In this document: positions 51,719 to 64,000 of the stretch, one piece after another | How positions within the stretch are numbered: position 1 is the stretch's first letter | How the letters are laid out: the number at the start of each line of letters is the position of its first letter | Assembly (NCBI GenBank): GCA_964016885.1 | Contig: OZ024743.1 | Coordinates: 304,978,001 to 305,042,000, forward strand | Reading direction: 5' to 3' | Source of the DNA: Eledone cirrhosa | Lineage: Eukaryota | Length of the DNA stretch: 64,000 nucleotides | Position numbers and translations under genes: made by a program | The notes under the pieces: model-generated | Told to the model about the DNA's origin: nothing | Seen by the model: only the letters and a program-made list of their open reading frames with translations | The model's database searches: none

Positions 51719-53515
51719 GAGATGGCAAGAAGCTGATGGGTAGGCGAGAAATTGTCGGCCTCCCAGATGAATTGCCGCAAGTGCTAGGCAGCCAAAAACC
51801 CAGTGCATTACTGGTACTTTATTTTATCGACCCCGTAAGGATGAAAGGCAAAGTCAACCTCGGCGGGATTTGAACTCAGATCGTAAAGGGATGTAACTGT
51901 GCTGGAAAGCATGGCGTCCGACCCTCTGCTGATACTGCCAATCCAAACAAATAATACAATATCAAAAGATATAAAAAAGTAATTAAAAAAGTAACAAGCA
52001 GTTTATTAACACAAAAATAAAAATTATATATCCTTAATCTTTACTATCGTGAAAGGTGAGCCTGTTTCTTCTTTGTCAGTTTATCCAGTCGTGGTTCAAT
52101 TGAGGACAGTGCCACGCGCAATGGAGAATGAATATCCATATTATTCCTGTACTTTATCTTAATAACACTCATGTGAATGAGGGAATACCACGTAAATAAT
52201 GTTTTTTTACTGGTAAGAATTAATCAGGCTAGTTTAAGCGTGAGAAAATAGTTACATTAAGGGAAAAAAAATTGATTTGGGGATACGGGCCGAAGTAAAG
52301 GGTGCATGGTTTTGAGGGGAGACTAAAGTACCATTCGGCGGCATTACAATATCACAAATATACTACATTTACTTACAGAATCTCTACTACAGCCGGTAAG
52401 TACCACGTGTCACCACCGGCCAACTGATAAGTTGTTTACTTACTACAGTAGGTCGTTTAGTCACCGAAACTGATGCTGCACGATCCATTTTCTGTTATTT
52501 GACTTTCTTTCTTCATAGAAAACTATAATATATTATCAACTTATATTTTTACTATCAGGTTAATTTACCTATTATTGTCATAATTTTCACCCCCAGTTTT
52601 CGTTGCATAAGGACAAATTACTGAAACTAGCAGTCACAGACTAAAATTTCCTTGAAATTCCTTAGATTCTACCAATTCCTTAAATGATTCTTTAGCATAG
52701 CCTGGACACTGGCCGCGTACCGGTAGCTGATGGTTCCCGTACCGACCACCACTTTCAGTAGCACTGCACTAGACTCTCTCCATATCTACATTGATGATTT
52801 TACGCTTGGATTATCTGATTACCCAATAGTCAAACCTTCGCGGCATTAACTCACAGTTTAATCCATGGTGCAGTATGTGCTGTTATGATGGAATACATCC
52901 TAGAATAGAAATATAACCTCAAATAATTGTTTCTACTTTTGGCACAAGGCCAGCAATTACCCAGTGCATTACTGGTACTTTATTTTATCGACCCCGTAAG
53001 GATGAAAGGCAAAGTTAATCTCGGCGGGATTTGATCTCAGAATGGCAAGAGCCGTAACTCTATGCGTCAAAGCATGGCGTCCGACCCACTACCGAGACTG
53101 CCACCTCAAATAATTGTTTCTACTTTAGGCACAAGGCCAGCAATTACCCAGTGCTCAAATAATAAATGCTAGGAACCTCATAAATTTAACGCACCGAAAC
53201 ATACGAGAAGAGCGAGTGAAAGAAATAAAAACAAATGGAAACATAAAACAAAACAAAACAAAACCGACCACCAATTCACTGTCAAATCATTTGAATCGGA
53301 TTAAACAGAGAAAAGAAAAGAACAAAAAAAAATAGATTATATTTAATTGCCATTGTGCTGCCAAATGATGCCGAAAGCCACTGACCCGCATCTGCGGTCA
53401 AGAAGGCGACAGCAACAGGATAATAACATCGACCCCGCATCTTTGGTGAAAGGAGGCACTCGAACCTCAGCATACTGCCTGGCAATCCAAATTGGTAGCA
53501 GTTTTATCTACCACC

Positions 53516-54249
53516 ACCCTTAACAAGAGGAAGGCAACGACAACAACTGTGACATTAACAACAACCACACATATGTGTATACATCAACATCTTACCAGCA
53601 ATAACTACCACTACCATTATCAAAAGGAAGCCAACTCCAGCATCAGTGACAATAACAACACATAGGTTTTCAGGATTGAATGACTCACCGCCAGCCACAA
53701 GGTCCTATGAGAAACTGCCAACATGCTCACATGTGTGCGTGCTGAACTCTGGGTCTTTCCGCTGGGAACAACCCCGTTTTCTCACCCCCCCCCCCCAACT
53801 TTCGTTGGGGGTTGGGGGGTTCATACATTCATCCATTCACTCATTCATTTGGTAACATTCTACCTTCCTGTGTGTCCACCTCCATGCACCCCTTCTTTTC
53901 TCTCTTGACTTCTGACACCTCTATATCTGATGTAGGTTAGCACCTCCGCCCCTCCACCTTCTCCCCCTGCTGAAGTAAAGACCCCCCAAAGCACTTGGGA
54001 TGTCATCCAGTGCAGCCTGGCCTCAGACAGGCTCACGCTCCAGCTTGACCAGCACCGCCTTGCCTGCTTTCGTGCGGCCTCCAAACCTCACAGTGGCGCC
54101 TGGCTCCATGCCTTGCCCTCCTTCTCCACTGGCAGGCAGCTAGATAACAATATCCTGCGTATGGGCATTTTCTTGAGGCTCGGCCTCCGGATCTGCGAGC
54201 CACACCAATGTCGTTGTGGATCCACCGTGGACTCTTTCGGCCTCCACAC
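53516..54249 (+). mobile_element. Third, more diverged, internally deleted CRE-like copy (5' UTR joined to pre-endonuclease/CCHC segment) forming the palindrome apex
   Basis: 53516-53930 resembles 47063-47360; 53940-54249 resembles 49555-49853 (GAWLHALP, LGLRICEPHQCRCG). Confidence 0.85.
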
Positions 54250-55173
54250 GCGGTGAGTCATTCAATCCTGAAAACCTATGTGTTATTGTCACTGATGCTG
54301 GAGTTGGCTTCCTTTTGATAATGGTAGTGGTAGTTATTGCTGGTAAGATGTTGATGTATACACATATGTGTGGTTGTTGTTAATGTCACAGTTGTTGTCG
54401 TTGCCTTCCTCTTGTTAAGGGTGGTGGTAGATAAAACTGCTACCAATTTGGATTGCCAGGCAGTATGCTGAGGTTCGAGTGCCTCCTTTCACCAAAGATG
54501 CGGGGTCGATGTTATTATCCTGTTGCTGTCGCCTTCTTGACCGCAGATGCGGGTCAGTGGCTTTCGGCATCATTTGGCAGCACAATGGCAATTAAAGATA
54601 TTCTATTTTTTTTTTGTTTTTTTCTTTCTCTCTGTCTAATCCGATTCAAATGATTTGACAGTGAATTGGTGGTCGGTTTTGTTTTGTTTTGTTTTATGTT
54701 TCCATTTGTTTTTATTTCTTTCACTCGCTCTTCTCGTATGTTTCGGTGCGTTAAATGTGTGAGGTTCCTAGCATTTATTATTTGAGCACTGGGTAATTGC
54801 TGGCCTTGTGCCTAAAGTAGAAACAATTATTTGAGGTGGCAGTCTCGGTAGTGGGTCGGACGCCATGCTTTGACGCATAGAGTTACGGCTCTTGCCATTC
54901 TGAGTTCAAATCCCCCCGAGGTTAACTTTGCCTTTCATCTTTACGGGGTCGATAAAATAAAGTACCAGTAATGCACTGGGTAATTGCTGGACTTGTGCCA
55001 AAAGTAGAAACAATTATTTGAGGTTATATTTCTATTCTAGGATGTATTCCATCATAACAGCACATACTGCACCATGGATTAAACTGTGAGTTAATGCCGC
55101 GAATGTTTTACTATTGGGTAATCAGATAATCCAAGCGTAAAATCATCAATGTAGATATGGAGAGAGTCTAGTG

Positions 55174-56167
55174 CAGTGCTACACAAAGTGGTGGTCCGTG
55201 GACCGGTGCCGGTACGCGAACCATCAGCTACCGGTACGTGGCCAGTGTCCAGGCCATGCTAAAGAATCATTTAAGGAATTGGTAGAATCTAGGGAATTTC
55301 AAGGAAATTTTAGGCTGTGACTGCTAGTTTCAGTAATTTGTCCTTATGCAACGAAAACTGGGGGTGAACATTATGACAATAATAGGTAAATTAACCTGAT
55401 AGTAAAAATATAAGTTGATAATATATTATAGTTTTCTATGAAGAAAGAAAGTCAAATAACAGAAAATGGATCGTGCAACATCAGTTTCGGTGACTAAACG
55501 ACCTACTGTAGTAAGTAAACAACTTATCAGTTGGCCGGTGGTGACACGTGGTACTTACCGGCTGTAGTAGAGATTATGTAAGTAAATGTAGTATATTTGT
55601 CATATTGTAATGCCGCCGAATGATACTTTAGTCTCCCTTCAAAACCATGCTCCCTTTACTTCGGCCCGTATCCCCAAATCATTTTTTTCTTCCCTTAATG
55701 TAACTATTTTCTCACGCTTAAACTAGCCTGATTAATTCTTACCAGTAAAAAAACATTATTTACGTGGTATTCCCTCATTCACATGAGTGTTATTAAGATA
55801 AAATACAGGAATAATATGGATATTCATTCTCCATTGCGCGTGGCACTGTGCTCAATTGAATCACGACTGGATAAACTGACAAAGAACAAACAGGCTCACC
55901 TTTCACACTAGTAAAGATTAAGGTTATATAATTTATATTTTTGTGTTAATAAACTGCTTGTTATTTTTTTTAATTACTTTTTTATATCTTTTGATATTGT
56001 ATTATTTGTTTACAAAATAGAAGATAAAAAAAAATGGTCAACTTTTATTATATTCATTATATATAGCGTTTCCGGTATAAATTAATATTACTACGAGATA
56101 TTAGCGGTACTAGGCACATTGAAAAAAAAATGCCGGTCCGCCACATCAGATAGTTTGAGAAGCACTG
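55174..56167 (+). mobile_element. Non-autonomous hAT (Charlie-type) element, 994 bp; truncated mirror copy at about 51945-52766
   Basis: TIRs cagtgctacacaaa / tttgagaagcactg and a perfect 8-bp TSD gtctagtg (55166-55173, 56168-56175). Confidence 0.9.
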
Positions 56168-57059
56168 GTCTAGTGGATATGAGAATGTGTTAGAAGTGAT
56201 GAAGCAGCGGGGTAAATGTTTGAAGATAAAAATTCATTAACTCAAGAGGGTTGGTATCTGATGCAAGCAAATTTCCTTCATCGATGTCAGGATCAACATC
56301 ATTATGGACTTCGCGTGTTGAGTTACGTATGGCGAACTATAATGTTTAATAATTCGCGACTAGTATAACAGCTCTGTACGGATCTCATTCAATGGGATGA
56401 AAAAATCTGTAAATGGGTATGCTTTCTCCAAGGAATGGCATAATATTAGCATACACATACATATATACACATACATGTATGCCCACGTAGATATGTGTGT
56501 TTGTATGTCAAATACACATATATATGTGTATATCCGTGTGGGGAGCAACACGTGTTCGTTCATTTAACATTTTTTTTTACTCTTTCTATACCGATTCAAA
56601 AAATTATTTGGCAGTGAATTGCTGGTCGTTTTTTGTTTTTTATTTCGTCCTCCTTCCTTTTATTTTGTTTCTTTCTCTCGCTCTTCGCGTATATTTTGGA
56701 GCGTTATATTTGTGAGGTTCCTATCAATGGTTAATAGCATTTATTTGGCAGTATCGGTAGAGGGTCGGACATGTTTTCTAGCATAGATTTACGACCCTTT
56801 ACGATTTGAGTTCAAATCCCGCCGAGGTTAACTTTGCCTTTCATCCATACGGGGTCGACAAATTAAAGTACCATTAATGTACTGGGTAATTGCTGGCCTT
56901 GTGCCAAAAGTAGAAACAATTATTTGTGGTTATGTTTCCATTCTAGAATGTATTCCATCATAGCAGCACATTCTGATTCCAGGAATCTCGTATTAGACAG
57001 TGAATTAATGATCGCGAATGTTTGGAACGCAAAAATATTTGAGTTGTAATGACCTACGT

Positions 57060-57510
57060 TCCTTGGGCTCATAGATACATTCTCTGTGCGTTATTTGGCT
57101 CAGCTCTGCCAATCGCCGCCAGCGTAGGAGAATGTATCTCGACACGCCCTGAAGGAAAAATTCCCGCGTCAGCTCAGAAATCTTTCTCTTGCAGCTTGAC
57201 CATGCTAAGGTAAAGACTACTTCTTTTGCTCCGCAAGCACAAACAATATGTAACGGTGAGATTTGAACTTTGGCCTGTCGGCCTTTCTTGGGCCTGGCAC
57301 AATGCCACATTCCTTTTATAACCCTTTTATGTTTAACTTTGACTGTCCAATTAAACAAACATTACTTTGTGCTTCAACAAATAAACATACATCTCATCTC
57401 TTATTTCTCTTGTTGACATCATTATTATGTTACTCGTTGTCGATATTACTATCATATCTTTCTGCTAAAATGGTTACGCGTGGCGCTATTTTTATAATAT
57501 ACTACACTGC
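57060..57510. repeat. ~450-bp segment duplicated at about 59060-59512 (direct) and 50800-51262 (inverted)
   Basis: Near-identical spurious ORF translations (MFNWTVKVKHKRV...) at all three sites. Confidence 0.9.
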
Positions 57511-60317
57511 TAAAAATGGCGACCCCGATAAAACTGTGATAATAATATATGTATAATACCATACTTCTAAAAATGGTGACTCCGACGGAGGAATATTTTG
57601 GGTGAAAAATATTCCTTTTGAAATAAATAAAAATTGGCAGTATATATGTAAAAAAAAAATAATTTCACCACGAGGAAAAAAATGGAAGTAGTTTTTTTTT
57701 TTTTAAGAACAACACGTGGTTTAACTTTCATCAACCCGCCTACGACAACATCTTTGAAAGAAAAAAATTAGCTGTATTTTCAAAATTATAGCACGGAAAC
57801 ATTTTTCTTTCGATACGGCTTCCTGCAATACCAACAAGCAAACACCAAACTCACGTGGTGATTTACGGCTCTTCAACGCTCGCCTTCGCTTTGATAGCAA
57901 CAACAACAACAACAACAATTCTACTAGCTTCCCAAAGAAATTTCAAAGAAAAGAAAAGGCGATCTTTTTGTTAAAAAACAATTCTTTCTTTCTTCCTTTT
58001 TTTACAGGCAATGTTAGGACGTTTATTTCTTTTAAATTGTATAATATGAAAATTCATTTTTTTTCTATCATTGTATATATGACTGCACGCACACATTTTC
58101 CTTGCTGTATTACATGGCTGCATATGCTCACACATTTCTTTGTCACACAGCAACATGTTGTCTATGGTATATGATCTTCAAGCGTCGTAATATTATGCGA
58201 GATCCCTTTGCACCTGGTGGAGGTACCAAAACATGCTGTCGACACTTGGAGCTTAATTCACCTGCACTGCAACAGGAAAATGCTAATTGCAGCTGGATTC
58301 AAACATTTTCGCATCTCGCTGCACATTCATCGTCCATTAGCATAACAATCTCCATCTTGTTACTTTGCCCGACTCACTGGGAAAACAAATGGAACTGGAC
58401 CAGTCAGCATTTCCAACATTTCTTCTATGGATTCGCCAGAATTATGGAATTACCACTTCAACTACTACCCACCTACACATTCAACTTGCATTATTCTTTT
58501 CAAAGCAACTAGCCATATTTTTTCCTGGCTGCCTAGCACTTCCGGCAATTCATCTGGGAGGCCGACAATTTCTCGCCTACCCATCAGATTCTTGCCATCT
58601 CTGTTACAACATTTACCATAACAGCTCCAGCTATACAGCTCTGGTATAACATTTACCATAACAGCTCTGGTATAACACTTACCATAACAGTTATACAGCT
58701 CTGGTAAAGCATAAACAGCACCATCATTGACAACACCTACTGGTAAACTATCATAACAGCTTCATCCACAGCTCTCGTACAACACTTACCATAACAGCCA
58801 ACATTTAATGCAAGAACAGCAACTTTTCCCATGTCAGACTTAATCCGTTTTATGTTAGACCCCTGGTTGTCACGTATAAATAGCAACACAGCTAGTCATT
58901 TGACACAGCGTCTCAACACGGCCCTTAGCGCCTCATTTTTCTTCTTGCATGCATTCTTTTGTTCAATTTTTTTCATTGATGTGCTCTTTCAGCAATTTTC
59001 CTGCTGATTCAATTTTATATATTGTCTTGCGACAAGGAAGAGGGTATTGTAGTGATCTACGATCCTTGGGCTCATAGATACATTCTCTGTGCGTTATTTG
59101 GCTCAGCTCAGCCAATCGCCTCCAGCGTAGGAGAATGTATCTCGACACACCCTGAAGGAAAAATTCGCGTCAGCTCAGAAATCTTTGTCTTGCAGCTTGA
59201 CCATGCTAAGGTAAAGACCACTTCTTTTGCGTCGCAAGCCCAAACAATATATAACGGTGAGATTTGAACTTTGGCCTGTCGGCCTTCCTTGGGCCTGGCA
59301 CAATGCCACATTCCTATTATAACCCTTTTATGTTTAACTTTGACTGTCCAATTAAACAAACATTACTTTGTACTACAACAAATAAACATACATCTCATCT
59401 CTTATTTCTCTTGTTGACATCATTATTATGTTACTCGTTGTCGATATTACTATCATATCTTTCTGCTAAAATGGTTACTCGTGGCGCTATTTTTATAATA
59501 TACTACACTACTAAAGAGTAATTGGTAATCCAAGCGTAAGATCATCAATGTATGGTAAATAAATCTTAAATAGAGCTTGGAGCAGATATTATGTTAAGAG
59601 AACCTTTAGACAGAGTGGATGTGGAAAAGTTGAAAATGTTTACCTCGTTTGGTGTTGAATTTGCAGTTCCAGAAAATTTTGTTTTCAATCACAGGAAACT
59701 GCACACACATAATTATATGTATATACACGGGTACATATATTAATGAACATGTATTTCACAATAAACACAGACGGGCATCAGTAAATAATAATAACGATAT
59801 TTAGATATAAAGATATACATGTACATATCTGTATTTCAGGGATTATGTTGTTCCCCGTGTGTGTAGCAACACGTGGTTGCGTGTGTTGCTGCTGGCTCAA
59901 GCAGAGCCCAAGAAAACACGTTATTCCCTGCTGACCAATGTGTAGTTAAATTACTATAGATATGATTTTAGACAGTACAATCTTTGAAAGTGTTTCTAAA
60001 TATTTCGTGTTGATCACCAAATTTTGCCCACTATTGGAAAAGTAATTTAATTTCACTGGGTCCATAACAAGTCTTATGTTTGTTAGACTCACTCATAAAA
60101 TACATATCGAATCAATTTTAGTTATTTACTCGATAGTTTCAAACATTTTCTAAACAAGCATACTCCCAAATTAACAACAAAGAAAATGTGGTAAGAAACC
60201 TGGTAGACCATAACAAACCGGAGAACTCGATACTTAGGGTACTAGAGTGGCTGAGCTCCGGCCGTTTTGACAGGTAGATCAGAACTGCGGTCGTATCTAG
60301 CTGTCGAAACGGCTTTA

Positions 60318-63261
60318 AAAAGTCGGTGCAAGTGGCATCCCAGACGAGGGGTTTGCCACCGCGGAACGGGAAGATGGTCATGCCATCTGGCCTTTTGCGT
60401 CCGTCCCCTCGATCCAGCCCCACCGGCTCGAGCTGGGAAGGGAAGCCTGCAGCGTCCAAGCCATGCTTAATGACCTCGTTGAGGGCAGCATGGCGTGGAA
60501 TGCGGCCGGCACTGCGTCAACAGAAAAGCGGGTGGAGGCCGAAAGATCCACGGAGGAACCGCAGCGACACTGGTGTGGCTGGCATATCCGGAGGCCGAGC
60601 GTCAGAGAAACGCTGATTTGCAGGCTATGTTTGCTGCGTGCTAGTGGAGAAGTAGGGCAGGACATGGAGCCAGGCACCCCTGTGGGGCTTGGGGGGCGCA
60701 CGAAAACAAGCAAGGCGATGCTGGTCGAGTTGGCGCGTGGGCCTGTCTGAGGCCAGGCATCACTGGATGGCATCTTAAGTGCGTTGGGGGGACTTGACTT
60801 CAACAGGGGGAGAAGGAGGAGGGACGTCTACTGGGCTAAGTCCCAGCCGGTCCCACGTCTCACAGGCGGCCTCACGTTCTCTGAATACAGAGGGTTCTGT
60901 TGTATTTGGAAGAACCCTGCTGACGAGGACGCGGCACGTGGTTATCGACGAATATACGCCGGCAAATCTAGTGAGATCGGGGACCGGGGGCCAGGGCCGC
61001 CTTACCTGACCGGTAAAGTGGCCTGTTGCCACCCTATGTCGTCAAACTTGACGTTGCAGATCCCCTCGGCTGCTGCTCGGATACAACTATCGAGGTCAGC
61101 GATGAGCGATGTCTGGGTGTAGCACGGACCGCTGCGGAGTGTATAGAGGAGCTTCGGCATGGCGAAGCAGTTCCTCAGCAGAAAGAGAGCTAGGTGACCG
61201 TCAATCAAGCCCAGTCGGTTCGTGAGAGTCTGGAGCTGTTGAAGCCTGGATCTGATGGTGGAGCGGATGGCCGGCGGGTGGATCGGTGACCCGAGGATGA
61301 GGACATCCTCTTTCTGGGTCACCTAAACCTGGCGGAGAATGGACCGTACGTCCAAGACGGAGGCTGCAAAGCTCGAAGAATCGACGCTAACGTTCACCAC
61401 CTCCGACTTGGCGAGTTGACCTGAAGGCCGATTCCCGCAAGGGCAGGAACCACCGATTGAAGGTCATGGCAGACCGTCCGTACGGGCCCGCCCAACGTAA
61501 CATCATTCAGATACCAAACGTTGAGAGGGGCCGTGATACTGCGGGCGATGTGGTCAATACCAAGGGCGAACATGAGGGGTCTCAAAGGGTCACCCTGTTG
61601 GACCCCAGTAGCCCAGGGTATGGTCGTATAAGCAGCTAGGAGCATGCTCGGGGCTCCATATGACCGGTAGGCCTGCGGGTAGGCAGAGGGGGCTCGGCGG
61701 AGGCAGGCCTCGAGGAGATGATCCCGGCGTAAAGAGTTGAAGGCATTCCTCATGTTAAGCTTAACAATGAGGTGCCTGGAGTCCCTGGATGCCGGTACAG
61801 ATGGGCAGCTGCTGAAGAACTGCCTGGTTGCATGTGCAGCCCCCCGTGTGTGACGGACTTTCAGATCACCTTGGCAGGCAGCCTCCGGAAGACATTACCC
61901 ACAGCAATGGGGCGTATGACTCCCTCTTTCTTCCTGAGAGCGGTGAGGCTGGCCGAAAAAAAACTGGCCTCGGACGTAAGGGTCGAGGGCTCCATGGATG
62001 AGCCTATTGGTGAACACCACAATTGCACTCAGAAGGCAACACATCCGCAGCTGCTAGCTGGGAAGGACCTGATGGCGGACCTGATATCTGCATCAGTAGC
62101 CACAAGGAGCAAGTGGGGGTCGGGTGGGGGTATGGGTCTGAGATCAGTGTGTGGCTCAGGGTTTTTGAGCCGCAGAGCAGCCAGGACCTCCTCGGTTGAT
62201 TGGAGGACAGTTTCCTCTGAGGCAACCACTCTGACTGCGGCCGAGACATCACCCATGATAAGCTTTGCGTTTACCTGGTCACGCAAACGCTTGGCGCTGG
62301 CCTCGGGGTGGAGGATAGGGAGTACCTGAGAGTGAGGTGTGTGGCGTCCCTGGGCACGCTTGGAATGGGTTCGCGACAAAATGACGAGACATTGGCCATG
62401 ACGAAGGCTGCAGTTGACCGGCCGCTACGGTCAGCGCCAGACCGGGGGAGGCCGAGCGAGAGTGGGGCGAAATAGAACAGCCACTCCCAGTCACTAGCTC
62501 AATTGGAGTCCTGGGCGCTCTCAACCGAGGAAGCGAGGGCATCGGCTACCTGCATCCGTGCCGCTCTCGGGATCCTGAGTGGGAACTTCCGGAACCGCCT
62601 GAGCCGAGCGATGTTGACCAGCGAGGCTCGGGCATCAGGAAAGTTCGCTGTCCCTTCTGGTGTTGTGCCAGGCGGCCGTGGCTGGGAAGACGTGGGGAAT
62701 AGGCTGCTCCTGCACCTCCACGCTGCGAGGGCATTGGATGTTCGACGTGTCAAGCTAACGCAGGTGAGGTGGTGGAAGCAGCCGCATCCAAAACAATTCC
62801 GGCTCCTCTTCCGTTTGTTAGTGGTGCCGCAAGTGCTACAGGTCCCGATTTGGAGGGTGGGGGATGGAGCGTGGGGCCGGAGACTGGGGCACCGAGCAGC
62901 ATTAGGGGTGGGTGGCTGGCGTTTGTGGGTGGAAGGGAAAGTGCTGGTAAGAGGGCCGCATATATATGGAGGTGCCAGAAAGCGGGAGCGAAAAGGGGCT
63001 GCATGGACGGGGAGACACAGGAAGGTAGAATGGCATTAACTGAATGAGTGAATGGATGGATGGGTGAGAAAACAAGGAGTTGTTCCCAGCGGAACGACCC
63101 AGAGTTCAGCACGCACATATGCGAGCAACTTAGCAGTTTGTCATAGGACCTAGTTGCTGGTGGTGAGTCAATGATGCTGGGGTTGGCTTCCTCTTGTTAA
63201 TGGTAGAGTGTTTGTTGTTACTGACACTGTTGTCGTCGTTGCCTTCCTCTTGTTAATGGTG
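60318..63261 (-). mobile_element. Mirror copy of the CRE-like retrotransposon
   Basis: Same domains, same 3' breakpoint and shared stops; private deletions near 61840 and 62040. Confidence 0.9.
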
Positions 63262-64000
63262 AAGCTATAGAGCGAAATACAAAATCGACCAACAGACAAT
63301 TATATAAAAACAGTTTCTAGAAATAAAAGTCAACATTTCTGTCTGGGATATAAATATTTGTTTTACATTTTCGCAAACATCGTAACGATATTCTCAAAGT
63401 ACGCGCTTACGGTATTTGAATATGAACTGAACCGTCGTGTCATTTAATTTGAATAGTGGAGCAAAGTAAAAGGAGAATAGTGAATTTGGAGTGTCAATCT
63501 CTTGTGATTTTTTTTTTAATACCGGACTTAGTTTTCCAGGATTTATAGACTCAATTTTTTTTTTTCCTTCAAAAGGATGGAGGCGTTAATGAAATGTCTC
63601 TATCATTTTCAGTCGTGTCCAACTTTATTGTAGAATGTAAAGCATCTGATACACATATGATGTAAACTATAGATAGAATGGATATCGTCTTCATGCATGC
63701 ATAAATGTAAATAATTAAATGTCATAACTACTATATTTAATGAAAGTAGATGTCATAAGCAATGCCGAAAAAAAAAGAAAAAGAAAAGCATCTACTTCAA
63801 AAGCGATGCGTGTTGAGGCTGACATGAGTCGAACACGTGACCACCAGTTTTCTAGTCTAGTACGATAGCCAATGACTAACAAATGACTACTGAATTTTCG
63901 GCTGACAATTTAAATTACTATAGATAATATTTTAGACAGTACGATCTTGGAAAGTGTTTCTAATTATTTCGTATTGATGACCAAATTATGTCCACTATTG

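Larger units (their letters stand above)
46324..64000. repeat. Giant imperfect palindrome: left arm from at least 46324 to 53691, spacer 53692-54249, right arm 54250 to the window end or beyond
   Basis: Mirror-image ORF pairs (53282-53485 vs 54453-54653; 49060-49380 vs 61002-61322; 50955-51263 vs 59108-59359); the last 40 nt are the reverse complement of array sequence at about 46324-46363. Confidence 0.97.

Noticed and set aside
58060-58560. Cys-rich minus-strand fragment (CCCVTKKC...) as a transposase or CXC domain
   Set aside because: Stops in all frames examined and no second supporting motif.
50955-59359. Three-copy ~100-aa ORF (MFNWTVKVKHKRV...) as a gene
   Set aside because: TTG start, frameshift differences among copies, no recognisable domain or splice structure.
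46735-63587. One giant TIR transposon bounded by TTAA (ttaa|cgcctcc ... ggaggcg|ttaa)
   Set aside because: The sequence outside both TTAA sites is also mirror-symmetric (the same upstream half of the array unit), so this is part of the palindrome, not an insertion with a TSD.

Overview
AT-rich, repeat-dense animal DNA; the SINE, RTE and microsatellite content suggests a mollusc/cephalopod, which is an inference. The only host gene I can support is the 3' part of an S1A (chymotrypsin-fold) serine protease on the + strand. It has three exons (4648-4886, 24620-24753, 31656-31817) with GT-AG introns in compatible phases and an intact Asp and GDSGG Ser, but Pro at the position equivalent to residue 189. 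Its 19.7-kb intron holds a nested transposon stack: a BovB-like RTE is interrupted by a second RTE and by a hAT-Buster element, which itself carries a third RTE, with TSDs visible. The intron also has Penelope-like remnants with hammerhead-ribozyme motifs and many SINEs. After a decayed Gypsy element, 36144-46738 is a tandem array of ~2.15-kb units; each full unit carries a full-length but decayed tRNA-Ser(GCT)-derived gene, a second tRNA-like/oligo-T cassette and an ~80-nt hairpin. From at least 46324 to the window end the sequence is one giant imperfect palindrome around a 558-bp spacer (53692-54249). Each arm holds a dead CRE-like (RT + restriction-like endonuclease) retrotransposon with an N-terminal PHD finger, and a third CRE remnant lies at the apex. 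Nearly all other ORFs in the track are repeat-derived or spurious.
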